In this document: one piece after another, positions 48,813-62,235 of the stretch
How positions within the stretch are numbered: position 1 is the first letter of the stretch
How the letters are laid out: the number at the start of each line of letters is the position of its first letter
Origin: Phallusia mammillata
Taxonomy: Eukaryota
DNA: 64,000 nt
Direction: 5' to 3'
NCBI GenBank assembly: GCA_965637545.1
Contig: OZ281494.1
Location: 35,092,001 to 35,156,000 of the forward strand
The notes under the pieces: model-generated
What the model was told of the DNA's origin: nothing
The model's database searches: none
Seen by the model: the letters and a program-made list of their open reading frames with translations, nothing else
Made by a program: the position numbers and the translations under genes

Positions 48813-51800
48813 ACTAAAACTAACGCAAACAATCAAATTTCTTCACCTCGAAATTTACTCAAAGTTCCTCTTGAAGTTTTGTTGACTACGAGACACTTGT
48901 TTGATGGAAATTGTCGAATGGGTTAAAATATTTAGGTTCAGAGTAGTGTGTTTGCGCGAGACTCTTAAACGCCAGAAGTTTTAAAAACGCACAGGGTCAG
49001 GGAAAACTGTGCGGCCACCAGTAGGCAGTAAAGGGCTCTTGACAAAGTTTTGTTAGTTTTTCCATTCGGCGCTGAAGTGATGTGTTTTTTTCTTTTGGAG
49101 ATTGTTTAAAACTAAAGAAAAGCTAACTTTTTAAGTTCCACAAATGTAAAAATACGTTTATTGAACTAATTTTAAACCTTTTTTCCCGTTTTTCCTTTAC
49201 ATGAAGACTCATTGTGACTTAAAACGGGATTTTCCAACCAGACCTCGCTAACAGTGCTTGAAATAAATCCACTCAAGTCCACTTAATTCGTTTGAATTTT
49301 TATTGTTTTTGGCGCGACTTAGAGCGGATGAGAGCAATGCTTTGCGCTTTGCAGTCGCCGCCAAAAACAAATAATTAACGACGTTATGCAAAATAACAAA
49401 AATTGAAACTTTGAACGCCAAAAGAGCAAAATAAGAACGACATGAATGCAAAACATCTTGTCAATATTCAAGAAATTACGTTCAATTAATGATTAAAACC
49501 CGGACGAGAACGATAACTTGCTTAAACTTGAAATTTACAGGCTCTTAAGTATCGAAGCTTCTGTATATTTCACATGTAATCCTGGTTTTAAACAGATATC
49601 CCAAGTATTTCTAGCACAGAAGAACGTTGTTTTCAAACTATCAGATTTCGAATTTAATGCCATAATACAGATATACCCTTCGCTATACTAATGACCCCAG
49701 AGATTTGAAAGAGCCGTAAGACAATAGAAATTTAACTTTGTTTATTGAGATGCAGAAAAGCGCTTTGTAGTTTTTAGACATGCTTTTGTGAGAATAATTG
49801 TTTTAAGTCGTTGCCGAACATGTTTTATTGAACCGAACATGTTTATAGCTTAATCAATATCCAACTCCCTGAAACGTTGTTCACATTGGTGTTTAGACTA
49901 CAACAGGGATTGTGTTTCCACACACACAAAGTCTTCGGTAGTTTTGAATTTTGATTAAGTCACTTTTTCAATCATTGTCCATATTGTTCTCAAGCATTTA
50001 ACCTTTAATAGCCACAGAGTTTAGTCAATTGATTTGGTTTTGGTCTCTATATCAGACTTAAATGTTTTATGTCTGCTGGGCTGATGCTAGAGCAGCTTCA
50101 GCCAATCAACAAACAGACAGACCGCAGCCGCATATGGAAACCCCCACAAATCGCATTACAACCGGTCTAGTCTGCCTTCAGACTTAATCAACCGCAAGCG
50201 TGGGTCACGTGTTGCGAGGATCAGAAGCGGATTGGTTATTCTATCACGCTCCGGTGATTTTACCGCTTCCGGCCGGGGCTACTGAAATTTAAGGCTGCGC
50301 AGAATTAAGCACGAATTCCGAAATAACATAGTTTTCGATATAAAGCAAAGCTACTGTGGCAGTTTAGTCGGTTTTTGCTTAATACCCTGTTGTAAGTTAG
50401 ACTCAATTTGCAAAACGGTTTAATTTTGTTGGCGCCTTTACACATTTGCTTTGTTAATTACACCTTTGGAAATGTTTTGCCGCAACGACAATATTAACGT
50501 TCAAAATATTCTTGTGGAGAATCGCGTTATTTTACCAATATAATATAAAAAAAGTTGAATCTTTTGCGGAGCTGTCAAGAATCCATTATCGTTAGGGATG
50601 TGCTAATAGACATTGCATTATAGTTTAATATTTTCGTTCTGGATTCTGGCGCTTTAATCGTTTCGAAGTTTTGCTTGATCTACGGTGATAGTTTGGACAA
50701 AAGACAAGTAATTCTGGGTCTCAGCCTCGAGATCGACCTTTTTTGTTTCATTGATTCAAATTTTTTCATTTTTTCTGTTTTTCATTGAATTTCTGAATCA
50801 ATGCCCTTGAACTAATCGTGGTCCTGCGGAACTGCGATGCCAAATAGCGACCTAATCTCGTCAGGCCGTCACCGCGAGAGTCGGAAATGCTATTTAACAC
50901 CGAGTGATTATGCTGTCGTGCAAGTGTCAGGCGGTTTGTGTAATGCACACGATAATTGAACGTTTAACACCAAGACCGGAGCTGATTAGGTGAAGGGGGA
51001 TAATTTCGGCGAAGACTCACTTATTCTCAGTCGTCTATTGCTTACGGCTCTTCTCAGGGGTCAAAAGGTGCTGTTTTTGTGAGTGTATGAAGGCTCAGGT
51101 AAAACGCACCGATTTTGGCTGTATAGGATTACCTGTTGGGCATCTGTTTAAACCTCTAACGACCATTTAAACTTTAGATTTAACCAAATTGAATTCTGCT
51201 TTTAAATATTCGGTTATGGCATTATATTCTAGTGAAATGGGGTCATAGGGTAATCTTTTTGCGAAAATCGACGTGTTAATTTATATTGGAGTAGTTTGTT
51301 TGCTTTTGCAGATACCGGTTTTAAAGCTGCTTTGTAAGGCGCTTGCAACATATGCTACTGCGGAAAGGCAAGACGTTGGTTTTTGACGCTAGGGGGGTTG
51401 TGCTGTTTAAAAATGCTTTGACATTGCGAAAAAATTACGTTACTTTTCGCCCAAAACAAGTTCCCGCGGAAATTAAACAAATTACGGAAATATCATTCGG
51501 AATTCCCTAATACGGCACAACATACGCGATACAGCTTCTGAAATAGTGCATTCAATCGAGTTGACAATTAACCGTTTGTGATAATGTCCGTCAAGTGGTC
51601 CCTTGTGGAACTCCCACTGAAGTCTCTTCCATCGAGCTGAGAGAAAGGAGTCTCCCTGCCGCTGTGGATTTCTTGGTTTTACTTTAAGCTTTATCTTCAC
51701 CTCGTTCCATGCTTTTGCATCGAGTCTTGTGCTTCGCATCGTCCACTGAAAAAACAAAAACAAAATTCGTTTAGACTTGGTTAAGCATTGAGAATCGACT

Positions 51801-53778
51801 GTCTCCATTGCTAAACTATGGCCTTTATTGAATGACAACTATCAAAAAGTGCAATTGTTTTGTCCTGTTTGTGATGTCACATGCTGTCTTTGGATGATCG
51901 TTATGCGCAATTTTGCATAACTAGCTAAAATCCTGCAATCAACTTTCGTTTTTATGAAATACACATTTAGCCTTAAGGACCGCGAGCCCTCGAAATAATG
52001 GCAAAGGGACCGTTTTGAAAAAATATGAAAAAGTTTGGGAACCGCTGTTTTAGATCAATTCATTTCTGTACATTTTGCCAGGTTAACCTTTCAGTGAGTT
52101 TGGAAAATGTTAGCTACAAACTGCTTGAAATTAAAGCCTCCAATTTGTCATATTGCTAAAAGTGGGTGTTGGTTATTTTGTAAAACCATTTAAAATCAAT
52201 TGTTTTTGTCGCCTTTGTAATGAAATATCTACGAAATCGGGTATACAATAGTGACCAACTGTTTTATGTTGGGTAGTCAGTAGATTTTAAGCAGCAAACG
52301 TCTAATAGAAACCTAAGTCACCATAAGCAAACAGGAAAAAACAGTCTACGTAAATATAGAAATCTATTGTTAGCATTTGGGACTTAAACTTCATTTTTCA
52401 GTCAAAACATAAAAACAACAAAATTACCAAATAATCTAAGACGACCCATACTCCAGCTTCTTATAGTTAAGCTCACAATGCAAGTTGCTCAAATAGACTT
52501 TCTCTATATCAGAGTTCTACGAAGCGAGTGTTTATAACCGACTTCACGATCTTGTCGGCTATCTCGACCCTCTATTAGGGAATTAATAGTCACGTTGATG
52601 TCCCTGAATATTCGAGAAACCCGATAATGAAACATTCACAGACGAAAGCGATTGTGTGGTTTGCCGATTACAGATTTAAACGCAGCAATTTTAACACCTT
52701 CGTCGGATTATGAAATAATCTAAACGGCCGCTTAAAACGTTTTGAGATTCGGATTTGTTTAAAATTACTTTTAGTTTTTAACAAATTTTAACTTGTTTGA
52801 TCTGAAAGCAAATTAAAAGGTTATTTGTCAACAGAAATGAATAGTGTTTTCTTAACTGTTTTTTTACTAAATGCGTTTTTTTTAACTTGGCTTATTTTTT
52901 GCAGGGTTGTACTTCCGGCCACTGCTCAAGTCACTTGAAGAAACGGAGGGTTGTCGTAGGTGAAAAGGTAATCACATTTAATTTTTTGTGGACGCGCCGC
53001 CAAACTGCCTGTACACAAGCTTCCGGGGCTTTAAGTTTATTTTGAGATATTTAAGTTCAACGCTAACCCAAAGAGTGCTGTGACCTCTACATCGCAAAGG
53101 TCACGCTGCACCCGGACACGAAACGATCACAACTTCGGCGTAGACGAAACGCAATTCGCATTTTAGCGTCTACGAGAAGCAATTAAGGACAGGCAAGAGT
53201 GTTTTTCGCCACCGACAACTCGGCAATGTGCGGTCGTCTGTGAGGTGTGTGTCTGTAATTACCCGCTACCAAATAGCCGCAAAGACTGGCACTGGCAAGC
53301 TAACAGCCGTCGCAGCAAGTTTTCCGCGACCTGTCGTGATTTTCACAGCCTGGCACTTTATTTTTGACCACTTTAAAGCCGCCGCTGCTTGCACGGGATT
53401 CGTAATTATCACCGCGAGGTTACTCGAGTTCAAATCGGTGACAACGAGAAAACAACAAACTCATGATTGCAACTTGTCACTACAGTTTAAGGCTAAAAAA
53501 CGTTCGGTGTTTTCCTGATTTTAACAACACGCGGGAATTTACAACCAAGTCAGCACTTTGCCTGGTTTCCCACGTGACTGTTTGAGCCAATAGGAAAGCG
53601 GCAAACGTAAGTGCTTTGATCGGAATTGATTTGCAGTCGTTTCACACCGATTCACACTACAAATTCGGCGTCTATGGTGAACATGTTTGAGTAAGTGTGA
53701 TTGTATTGAATTTATTTCAAATGTGGAAAAGAGTTCCCAAGGAAGCAGGATCAGTCGATTTCTTAAAAAAATCTTTGA

Positions 53779-53829
53779 GAAAATATATTTCACTTATTGG
53801 CATCGTCAGTTTCTTATTCGTATAGAATC
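53779..53829 (-). mobile_element. Spliced-leader-headed hammerhead repeat, copy A4
   Basis: Minus strand reads ATTCTATACGAATAAG (14/16 to SL) AAA CTGACGA T GCCCAATAAGT GAAA TATAT TT. Confidence 0.7.
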
Positions 53830-56219
53830 ATAAGTATGCTGCCTGTCAGAGGGTCAGATACTGGCTACTGCTCAATCCATTGATTCTATATTTAATTTAT
53901 TGTCAGACAAGTTAAAGATTTCTTGAGAAAGAAAAAAACGCTTTGCCAAATTGATGTGCAGAAGTTCACTTTACCACAGTTTCTTCATTTGTGTGAATAA
54001 TTTTAGATTCTAGCTGCCTGCCTTTTAATATTGGGCCTTTATAAAAATAATTGATCCTACATGGGGCAAATTAAGTCCAGCTTTGCTGAAATCTGACCTA
54101 AAACCGCCTTAAGGTGACCTGCTTTCAACCCTGGGTTGCGGAAAGACAGTCTGTATACATAAACTTATGTTGCAAAGCCCCGTCTAATTATGTCTCAACC
54201 CTGACTCTCGGCTCATGGGATAACATCTCAACACAAACATGCCCGGCTAGAGCGAGGATATTTGATAAGAAACATCGAAATAGCAATTTGCGACCCCCCT
54301 CTCACGATGGGTTCGGGCACTAATCGAAAATTTGGCAGTCATTAGACCAACGTGCAAGCCGCGAATTATGATAGAAAACGGAGATAGCTATCTGTTTCGG
54401 GGTGTGCGGCTTTCGCGGAATGTTGCAGGGCTAGTGCTGCCTTTACCACCACTGTAATGCCTTTAAACCAATGCTGCGGATCAAATTTTCCCACAGGCAG
54501 TGGATTGTTATAAACTTATGACTTGTTTCTTTGTTTATTTATGGCAAAAACTTAATGCAAATTATTCGACATTCGCCTGAAGTTAAGCTTTACCAAATAA
54601 GGCTCTGTTCTCATGCAAGCTTGTGCAAGATTTCGTAAGCCAACGTTTTCTACACCGTTAATAGTTTTTGAACAAGTCACATAGATGTTCTTGTAACGTT
54701 GTGCACGATCGTTAAGTCGCATGTAACAATAATACGTTTAACATAATGTGTCCTAAACTATTTGTTTTGTATTGTGGTTCTGTCGCAAATGACTTACATT
54801 TTTGAAGCTTAATATTAATCTAAGCAAAACGAAGGCCCAAAAATGCCCAAGTAGATTTACTCTATTATTATTTCCACGACAGCATGAAGTGTAATTCCAC
54901 CTAGTTTTGCATTCAAGTGCTTTTTAGGGACAGTTTGAAACACTTTACAGACGGTCAAGACTAAATGCAGTGGGTTTGTATAAGCTTTTAGATTACATCA
55001 CAACTTGACACACCCACAGTGTATTACGAAACTCGTTCGTTCCAATATTCTTACTTGCATAAGCACGTAGCCCACCAAAAACCATGTCAATGCCACCAGT
55101 TACACAAACAACCAACCATACACCATTTCGGAACCAACAAAGCTAAGCGATTATTTTCCCTAATAAGGTTAAACAACCAGAAGGGGAATCACTATCAGAA
55201 GCACATCGGGGACCAATCACCAATTCTTGACCACATAACCCTAAAAATACCACCTGAAGCACTTGTTTTTGTATCAAACCGTTTTCGGAATTACAATTTA
55301 AAGCAACGCGATAGAGACCTATTTTAATCCACTAATCAACATTCAGAAACTATGTGGTCCTTTAATTTTGACAGCTTTACTCTTATCAAGCCGAGCCCAA
55401 AAATTTAATAAAAAGTCAATCTTGATCGAGTTGACAGACGATGTGTAACAGACCAAAAGAAAGCACGTTTTCTGGGGTTAATTATGCAATTGATGATTCA
55501 GATTGATGATTCAGTAGCGAAAAAGTTTTAAAACAAAATATCAAATTGGTTTTTAAAACCCGATTAACCCGTAAACCGAAGTCACTGCGTGGTTGCAAAA
55601 ACAAACGTTAGGTTTTTTGGGCGCCCCAACCTTGTATGATATCTGCTTTATGTAACAAAAATTTTAAAGAAAATGTTCGCTCTGATTTAAAACGTTAAAA
55701 AAGGTTTATTCTGTGACTTTCAAGATTATGTAATTCTGCACATAGCGTTGTTAATGCATTGCCACGTGGTCCGTTAAAATTTTACCAACCAACAACAAAA
55801 GATTTTGTTTGTTTTTGCAAGGCGTATACTATAAACATTAGCTTGCTATCAAATGTTCACCTTAACGTTTCCCACCTAAACCGACTTTACCAAAACGCTT
55901 AACGCGCGTTGTTGACTAATATTCTAAGGTTATTTTGTGAATGTTGGAAGAGCAATAAACTGGTGCAGCCAGGCATAACATCAACTTTACAATATAGCTC
56001 TCTCTAGTGGCTAATATGTTTTTTGTGAGAAGGTTTTGAAATCTTGCTTGGAAATTGAATGTTGTTGATACAGATAAAAGCGGGAAAAAGTGTCACTACC
56101 AAGACTCTAAATAAGACGTATAAATGTTACTACCAAGAAAAATTTCCTAGATGAACTATAGCACACGTTTACCACTATGATATGTCAACAGCAATCCGGT
56201 ATTTACCAATTATAAATAG

Positions 56220-56490
56220 ATTCTGTTTTAATAAGATACTGAAGATGCCTATCACTTAGGTGAAATATATATGTCTAAATAAAACGGTGGACGACTTCAG
56301 ACATGTCAAAGTTTTCAGTCTGTTATTACATGCGACTGTTGTCTCCATCCCACGTACTGAGTCTCTGGTGACTCGTGATTTATAATATACTACACACAGT
56401 TTACCAACTATGGACTATTTTTTAAACAACAACCCACAACGTACACAAACCAATTCAACGCATATTTTGACACATTTTACACAACAGCTA
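56220..56490 (+). mobile_element. Spliced-leader-headed hammerhead repeat, copy A2 (longest colinear copy)
   Basis: ATTCTGTTTTAATAAG (14/16 to SL) ATA CTGAAGA T GCCTA-TCACT-TAGGT GAAA TATATATG TC; continues AAAACGGTGGACGACTTCAG...GAGTCTCTGGTGACTC...CTACACACAGTTTA, shared with the 62.2-62.5 kb copy. Confidence 0.75.
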
Positions 56491-57947
56491 AAGTCCACAG
56501 CCGCCTTATGGAATGTCAAAGGTCGTATCGAGGTCACAACCAATCATTGACCCCCGATAATGCCAAAATTAACCGCTCCTAGCAGTAAAAGGCCAAATAT
56601 CTCTTGTTAGCCCGTTTCCTATTGGATTCTAATGACCTTGTAATTTGCTATTTAACACACACTTACTTTGGGGACGTTCCAATTTCCACGCTGGGGCTCT
56701 TTGACCCTGGCGACCCTGTAATTTGAAAATAAACTTTTGTGAGAATTACAATCACTCTGGCGCCGGCGTCTGCCCTCAGTGGGTTGCGTATTAGGGGCTT
56801 ACCCCTTTGTTGCACTAGGCAAGTGTTTGCCAGTGACATTTTTTTCTTTGCTAGTTTTTTTTTATCTTAAGTATAACTGACTGTCGTAAACATTTAGTCT
56901 AAGTGGCGTTCTGTAACACAGCCTTTTTCAGTTTTTAAGACATTTTACCAGTAGTAAAATAGAGGGTTAACAAATTTGCCATTCAACTGGTATGATGCTA
57001 AACAAAATACTAGTTGTTTTTCAAAAACTTGTATTTTTGCTAACGTTTCGCCCACCAGAACGGCAGGTACAAGTTCTTGAAAAACAACTACTATTTTGTT
57101 TATCATCACACCAGTTGAATGACACGTTTGTTAAACATGCAACCTGGTGGACGAAACGCTTGTTCCAAATATAGGTTTGGTGGAAAGTTTAAAACTTGTT
57201 GCTTTATCTGACTATAGATTATGTTAATGTTGAAACTACAAACAAATTCCTGAATGTTGTGACAGATCTGGGTCAGATTTTATTGTAATTAGCCTAACAC
57301 GTGTTTACATGATGTAAACTTCTCAGCAACGGTGATTTGTATCTTTCCTAAAACGTGCGAAGTGTAAACAACATACACAAACTTCAATGGGCGTCCTAAG
57401 CGTGTTAATGGTTGTAAAGTGCTTTAAGTTCGCTCTAAGTTACACCGCATCATGCAAAGTTAACTTTAACGGGGCTGGCACGTTTCGGGCGTCGCTAAAA
57501 TTAGCTTAAAATCTATTTGATAATCGCTGGTGGATCTGTAAACACCCTGCAAGCCCTGTGCCTCACATAAAGCACATCAAGAACGAGCGTGTCACTGTAT
57601 CGGATGACCCGAAGCTTGTTTATCCGACGCTGGCAATTTATTTTCGGCACCCGGACCATCAGGCTTCTATTAGTGGGCTTCGCGGGGCGATGGTTGTTCG
57701 TGATTAGTGCCACGGCTCAAGTTTGATGCCTGACCTTGTCCTGACACTGCGATCATCCTTTTCCAGTGCGCTTTCGTGGTTTTATCGCACCGCTCATGTG
57801 GTTTTTGAACTCGGCCAATCTAAAAATGGTGCGAAAAGCGACTTCGGCTGATTTTTTGGGACAAGCGGTTTATGCGGTTGGAACGATTTTAGTACATTTA
57901 CCGTGTCAGCAGCGGTACGATTTACTGCGTCACAGCGTCTGTTGTGG

Positions 57948-60900
57948 TCAGACAGCTGGAAATAAATTGGATGCGTTTATAATTGCTTTTGATTGGACGT
58001 TAATGGGAAAATGCTTGCTGGGTTATACATAGAGCCTGTATTTAAAAAAAAGTGCAAAAAGTTTTTTATGGCTAAACTTTCATTTATAAACGCAATTAGG
58101 CTGACTACATAAACCATAGTCTGAAACAACTGTGGAAACGTATTTAGATCGGAACACTATACACGGACTTGAAAAGTAATTTAATCATAAACATTACTGC
58201 CAAGGTGCTGGTGTATATAGAATACATCGTTCAGACGTTTCAACCTACACTGATGATGACAACAGAGATTGTCTATTTGGGCCGTTATTTTCACCATTAA
58301 GATCGAGTTTGTTAAACAAACTTAACTGGTTGAACTGTTGTACAGAAAAGTCAGCCTAATTGCAAGAATGTTGAAGGTTTGTTTTGATCTTATCCAAACT
58401 CTAATACAACTCGTCATATCAACGTGCAGTGTGAAACAACATAGGTAACAAAAAAACATCCTGCGTCAAAGCATCGACTCACCCGTATAGACGTTCTGGT
58501 TGACTGACGGCGACAGTGACGTCATAATGTTGTGCTTAGCTGTGACGTCACCGAGGGAGGTTGGGTGGTGGGGGTTGATAGCGATGTGGGGCCGTAATTC
58601 AGTGTTTACCCCGTCCTGGGGGTAGTAGGGACTTGCGTACATCGAAGCTGGGCTCGCATTGGTAGCTTGGCCGTAATACGGAGCACCGGGGCCGCTTTGT
58701 CCCGGTCGGTGGGGGTGGAAGAGAGCTCTCGAATTGGGCGGACTGACCGTCGCCGAACTGGGTGACGTGGCAGCTTCGAGGGGAACCCCCGTGACGTCAG
58801 CGTGCTGCGTGTAATTGTTCGTCGCTTGGAGACGGTCGGTGACGTCACGGTGAAAGTAGGGTCCTGCGGCCACTAGATGGGGCGGAGGGGGCAATCGCTC
58901 CCCTTGTTGGTAATAGTCAGTGTTTGCGTTGTTGCGACCGTAGCTGGGAGCTTGATACGGCGACGTTGAGTCGATGGGTCGGACCCCGCTCGACGGGTTG
59001 GGGCTGTTCCCGGGGATTTCACGACCCCTGGGTACGGGATACATCGCGTTGGGTAAGTAGTGTTCCGCCCCACGTTGGTAAGCCTCGGCCCCGCAAGCGT
59101 ACTGACGCTGATATTCGGCTGAAGCTGGTGAACCGGTCACTATCTCATGCACCTCACCCCGCCCTTCGGATGACTCAGCGCCGCTAGCGGAATGTCCGAT
59201 GCTGCACGACTCTGAACTCGGCGCCATGACATTCGGGTAACCGTGCTCGGACCAGGGTTGGTGACTCACCGGGTAGTGGTACTCGGGAGCCGGTCGAGCT
59301 CCTATCTGTTCCCCTTCTCGAACTAAACCGGGGCTCACAATAGGGGCATGTCTTCCCAAGCTTGGTGCCGGGAAGTTATCGGAGAACTGGGCATTTGCGT
59401 TGTAACCTGGCTGTTCTACATCTCTTCCGACGTCGAGTCGTTCCTGAGGGTGCATCGTGTATCCCGGGCGCGCTTGTTCGTTTACAGGGGACCAAATAGC
59501 TCTGCTCCCAGCATCGGGGTGTCCGAAGCGGGTTTGACCGGATTCGCAGGTCATATTTACCGCCGGTTTGTATTCCGAGTCCGAAGGCGGTGGGAACGGG
59601 TGGTGGGATTTCTCGCTCGGTGCCGAGTTCGGGTCTGAAGTGAAAGAGTCAACTCGTTCGTCTTCGAATACCGAGTTGTCCTGGGAAAAGTTGGATCCCA
59701 TCTCGTTGTTGTTTGTGCTCGTCACTTCACGTTCTGCTGAGTCATCTGAGTCAGCACCTTGTTCGTTGTCTGATCTGGCGTCTGTGGGTATTAAAGACAT
59801 TAAGTTTTTTTTGTGAGACTTTCACTCTGACATGATAAATTGTCCATTACTGTTCAGTTTAAAACTCTCTGGTGAAATTGTTCTAAGGTTCGCTGGTTTA
59901 TTACTGTAAGTTTTTTCTTCGAGACATATTTTAATATTTGATGAAACATGGCTGAAATGTAGGTTTGTTTCAAAACTAAACAGTTAGAGGATTAAACAAA
60001 GTGAATAACATTTGATTACAAGCGCTAAAACAATCGCCGTGGTGATTCAAATTTCGTAGATTTACATTTTATAACTTATTAGCTTGTATTTTGATGCTGA
60101 GGAAATCTAAAACCGTTTATTTTGCACCTAAATTTTCTTGGTTTGAACTTCGTAAATTCATTTAATCCATTTGGAAAAGCGTTATTTGCTTCTTAAGTCA
60201 CATCTGTCTATCAGGCGTGGTAAAAAATCACGTAGAACGTTTTGTTTCTGACGTCACATTATCATGATTGTTACGTGGAATGACGCGGGGCGATCCATGG
60301 ACTCTCGCGATCGCGTTCTACTTTCGCTTGTAATCGACTTGTAATCTTCGCCGGATTACAAGAAAGAATCAAAACACACAGGAACGCGCGATCGCGTCGC
60401 TACTGTCACGTCACAATGCCGATGTTCGAACGGCGCCAACTGTAACATATTGCGAATCTACGTCGAACGATTTGTTTGTAAACATCGATGGCGACGCCGT
60501 GACGCTGACTTTGTGACGTCATAAAGCGGCAACGCGACTTTCGTTTAAAATACGTAAATGAGGAATTTTTGAAACAAGAATAAAATAGTTTTTTAATATG
60601 CAGTTAGGTTTAAGGGTTAATTAATTTTTTTCTGTGAAGTTATGGAAATATTTAAATTACCTAAAATTGAGGTTGTTCTGGTATTTGTTCTTTAACTTGT
60701 GGCTAAATCATCATCTGACGTAAAAAGCTAATTAGTTGCTGATATCGTTTCTCATGGTACTGTTTTTTTTAATAGAAATAATCACCAATTTACTATTAGT
60801 ATTCGAAATTACCCGTTAAGCAATAAGATTCGGAATTACCCGTATCAAGATTTTGCGAATCCTCATCGTCTCCATCTTCCTTCTTGTCGTTGGATCCGGA

Positions 60901-62190
60901 TGAGTTTTCGTTAGAGCGATTTTTCGGCACCCAAGTCATCTTGTTTTCCTTTTTCAATCTTCGCCGCGCATTTGCGAACCACGTCGACACCTGGCATAGA
61001 AATCATAATTAATACAATGCAAATATGACGTCAATATTATGACTGGTGATCCACAAGTGAAATCAGATAATGTCATCAGCAGTTGTTAAGAGTTGAAAGT
61101 CGAAATTTAATATGGAACATTATGTTCGGATCTGTTTACAAGTTTAATGATGAAAAAACCGGCCCAAATAGACTTATATCAATGATGATGGCATGAGCAG
61201 GCATGTCACTTGTTACATCTATTTGGGTCGTCATTTTCATCTTTAGACATTTACTATGTAATCAAAAACCTAGTGTATAAAACCCTTGTAGGCAATGCGA
61301 TGCCCAAAAAACTGGTGAAATATATATTCTGTGCAAACACTGTATACCGGTTGATTCTGTTTGGCCTAGGGTTCTATACACTGGATTTTTTGGATTAGGT
61401 TGGTGTAGAGCAGGGGTCCGCAAATAGTGGGTCGCGACCCAAATTTGGGTCGCGAGACCTTCCAGTCTGGGTCGCTAAATATTTTTAATTTCCCATGAAT
61501 ATAAGCATCGCATCTACAGTATTAATGAACTTCGGCTTTATTCAACCTTTTAATTATTATTGCATTGTTACAAGTGACTACGTAACTGTTACATACACCG
61601 AGCTATCTTATTAACTGATCAAGACTATAGAAGTCGAAGAAGATCTTCAGCTGGCGTCTCTTAATTTAAACCTCGAATTGATTTGTTGTGTTCTCAACAC
61701 AGAGCACACCGTTCTCAAGATAGCAACTGACATTACCATAATATCAGTCTTAGTGTTTTATTTAGTTGCTTAATTGGTATTTTCCACAAACTTACATGCT
61801 AACAAAATGCTTGGGTCGCGAGAATTTAGAGGAATTTTTTAGGGTCGCGCCAAAAAGTATTTGCGGACCCCTAGTGTAGAGAACCGTAATCACCGGAGCA
61901 CTGCGACTTTAGGGGCTGATTTCAACACTAACTGTACTTTATTTACCATGTACAATCCTACAGGCAGTCAAGCTTTTGTTCAAACTTCACTAAAGATTGA
62001 AACTTTCTCGGTTAGTTGTATGAAGTTTACCTGTGTGAGGGTCATCTTGGTAATAATGGCCAACATAATCTTTTCCCCTTTAGTCGGGTAAGGGTTTTTC
62101 TTGTGCTCTTGCAGCCAAGCCTTCAATGTGTTCGTTGATTCTCGCGTTGCATTTTTCCTTCTGACTCCATCGTTCATCTCCATGCTGTAT
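57948..62190 (-). CDS. Irx: Iroquois-class TALE homeobox transcription factor (canonical homeodomain); 5' end not resolved
   Basis: Phase-consistent exons 62031-62190 ([54 protein letters not shown]), 60840-60990 ([20 protein letters not shown]...) and 58483-59781 (acidic stretch, SRAIWSP degenerate IRO box). Candidate last exon 57948-57955 (AV*) or 51684-51745; candidate upstream exon 62673-62794. Confidence 0.92.
61411..61873. mobile_element. hAT MITE in an Irx intron
   Basis: CAGGGGTCCGCAAATA ... TATTTGCGGACCCCTA; perfect TSD GTGTAGAG; sub-terminal GGGTCGCG repeats. Confidence 0.9.
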
Positions 62191-62235
62191 CTTAAAGAAA
62201 TAATCGTGCTTTACTTGAAATTCCGTTTATATGCT

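Noticed and set aside
58232-58276. Hammerhead-like CTGATGA-T-GACAA..TTGTC
   Set aside because: GAAA is missing after stem II, and the GAAACGTC half lies on the opposite strand.
61295-61332. Fifth SL-hammerhead copy (GATGCC...GGTGAAATATATATTC)
   Set aside because: Only the 3' half resembles the family; SL and CTGANGA core are absent, so it could be chance or heavily decayed.
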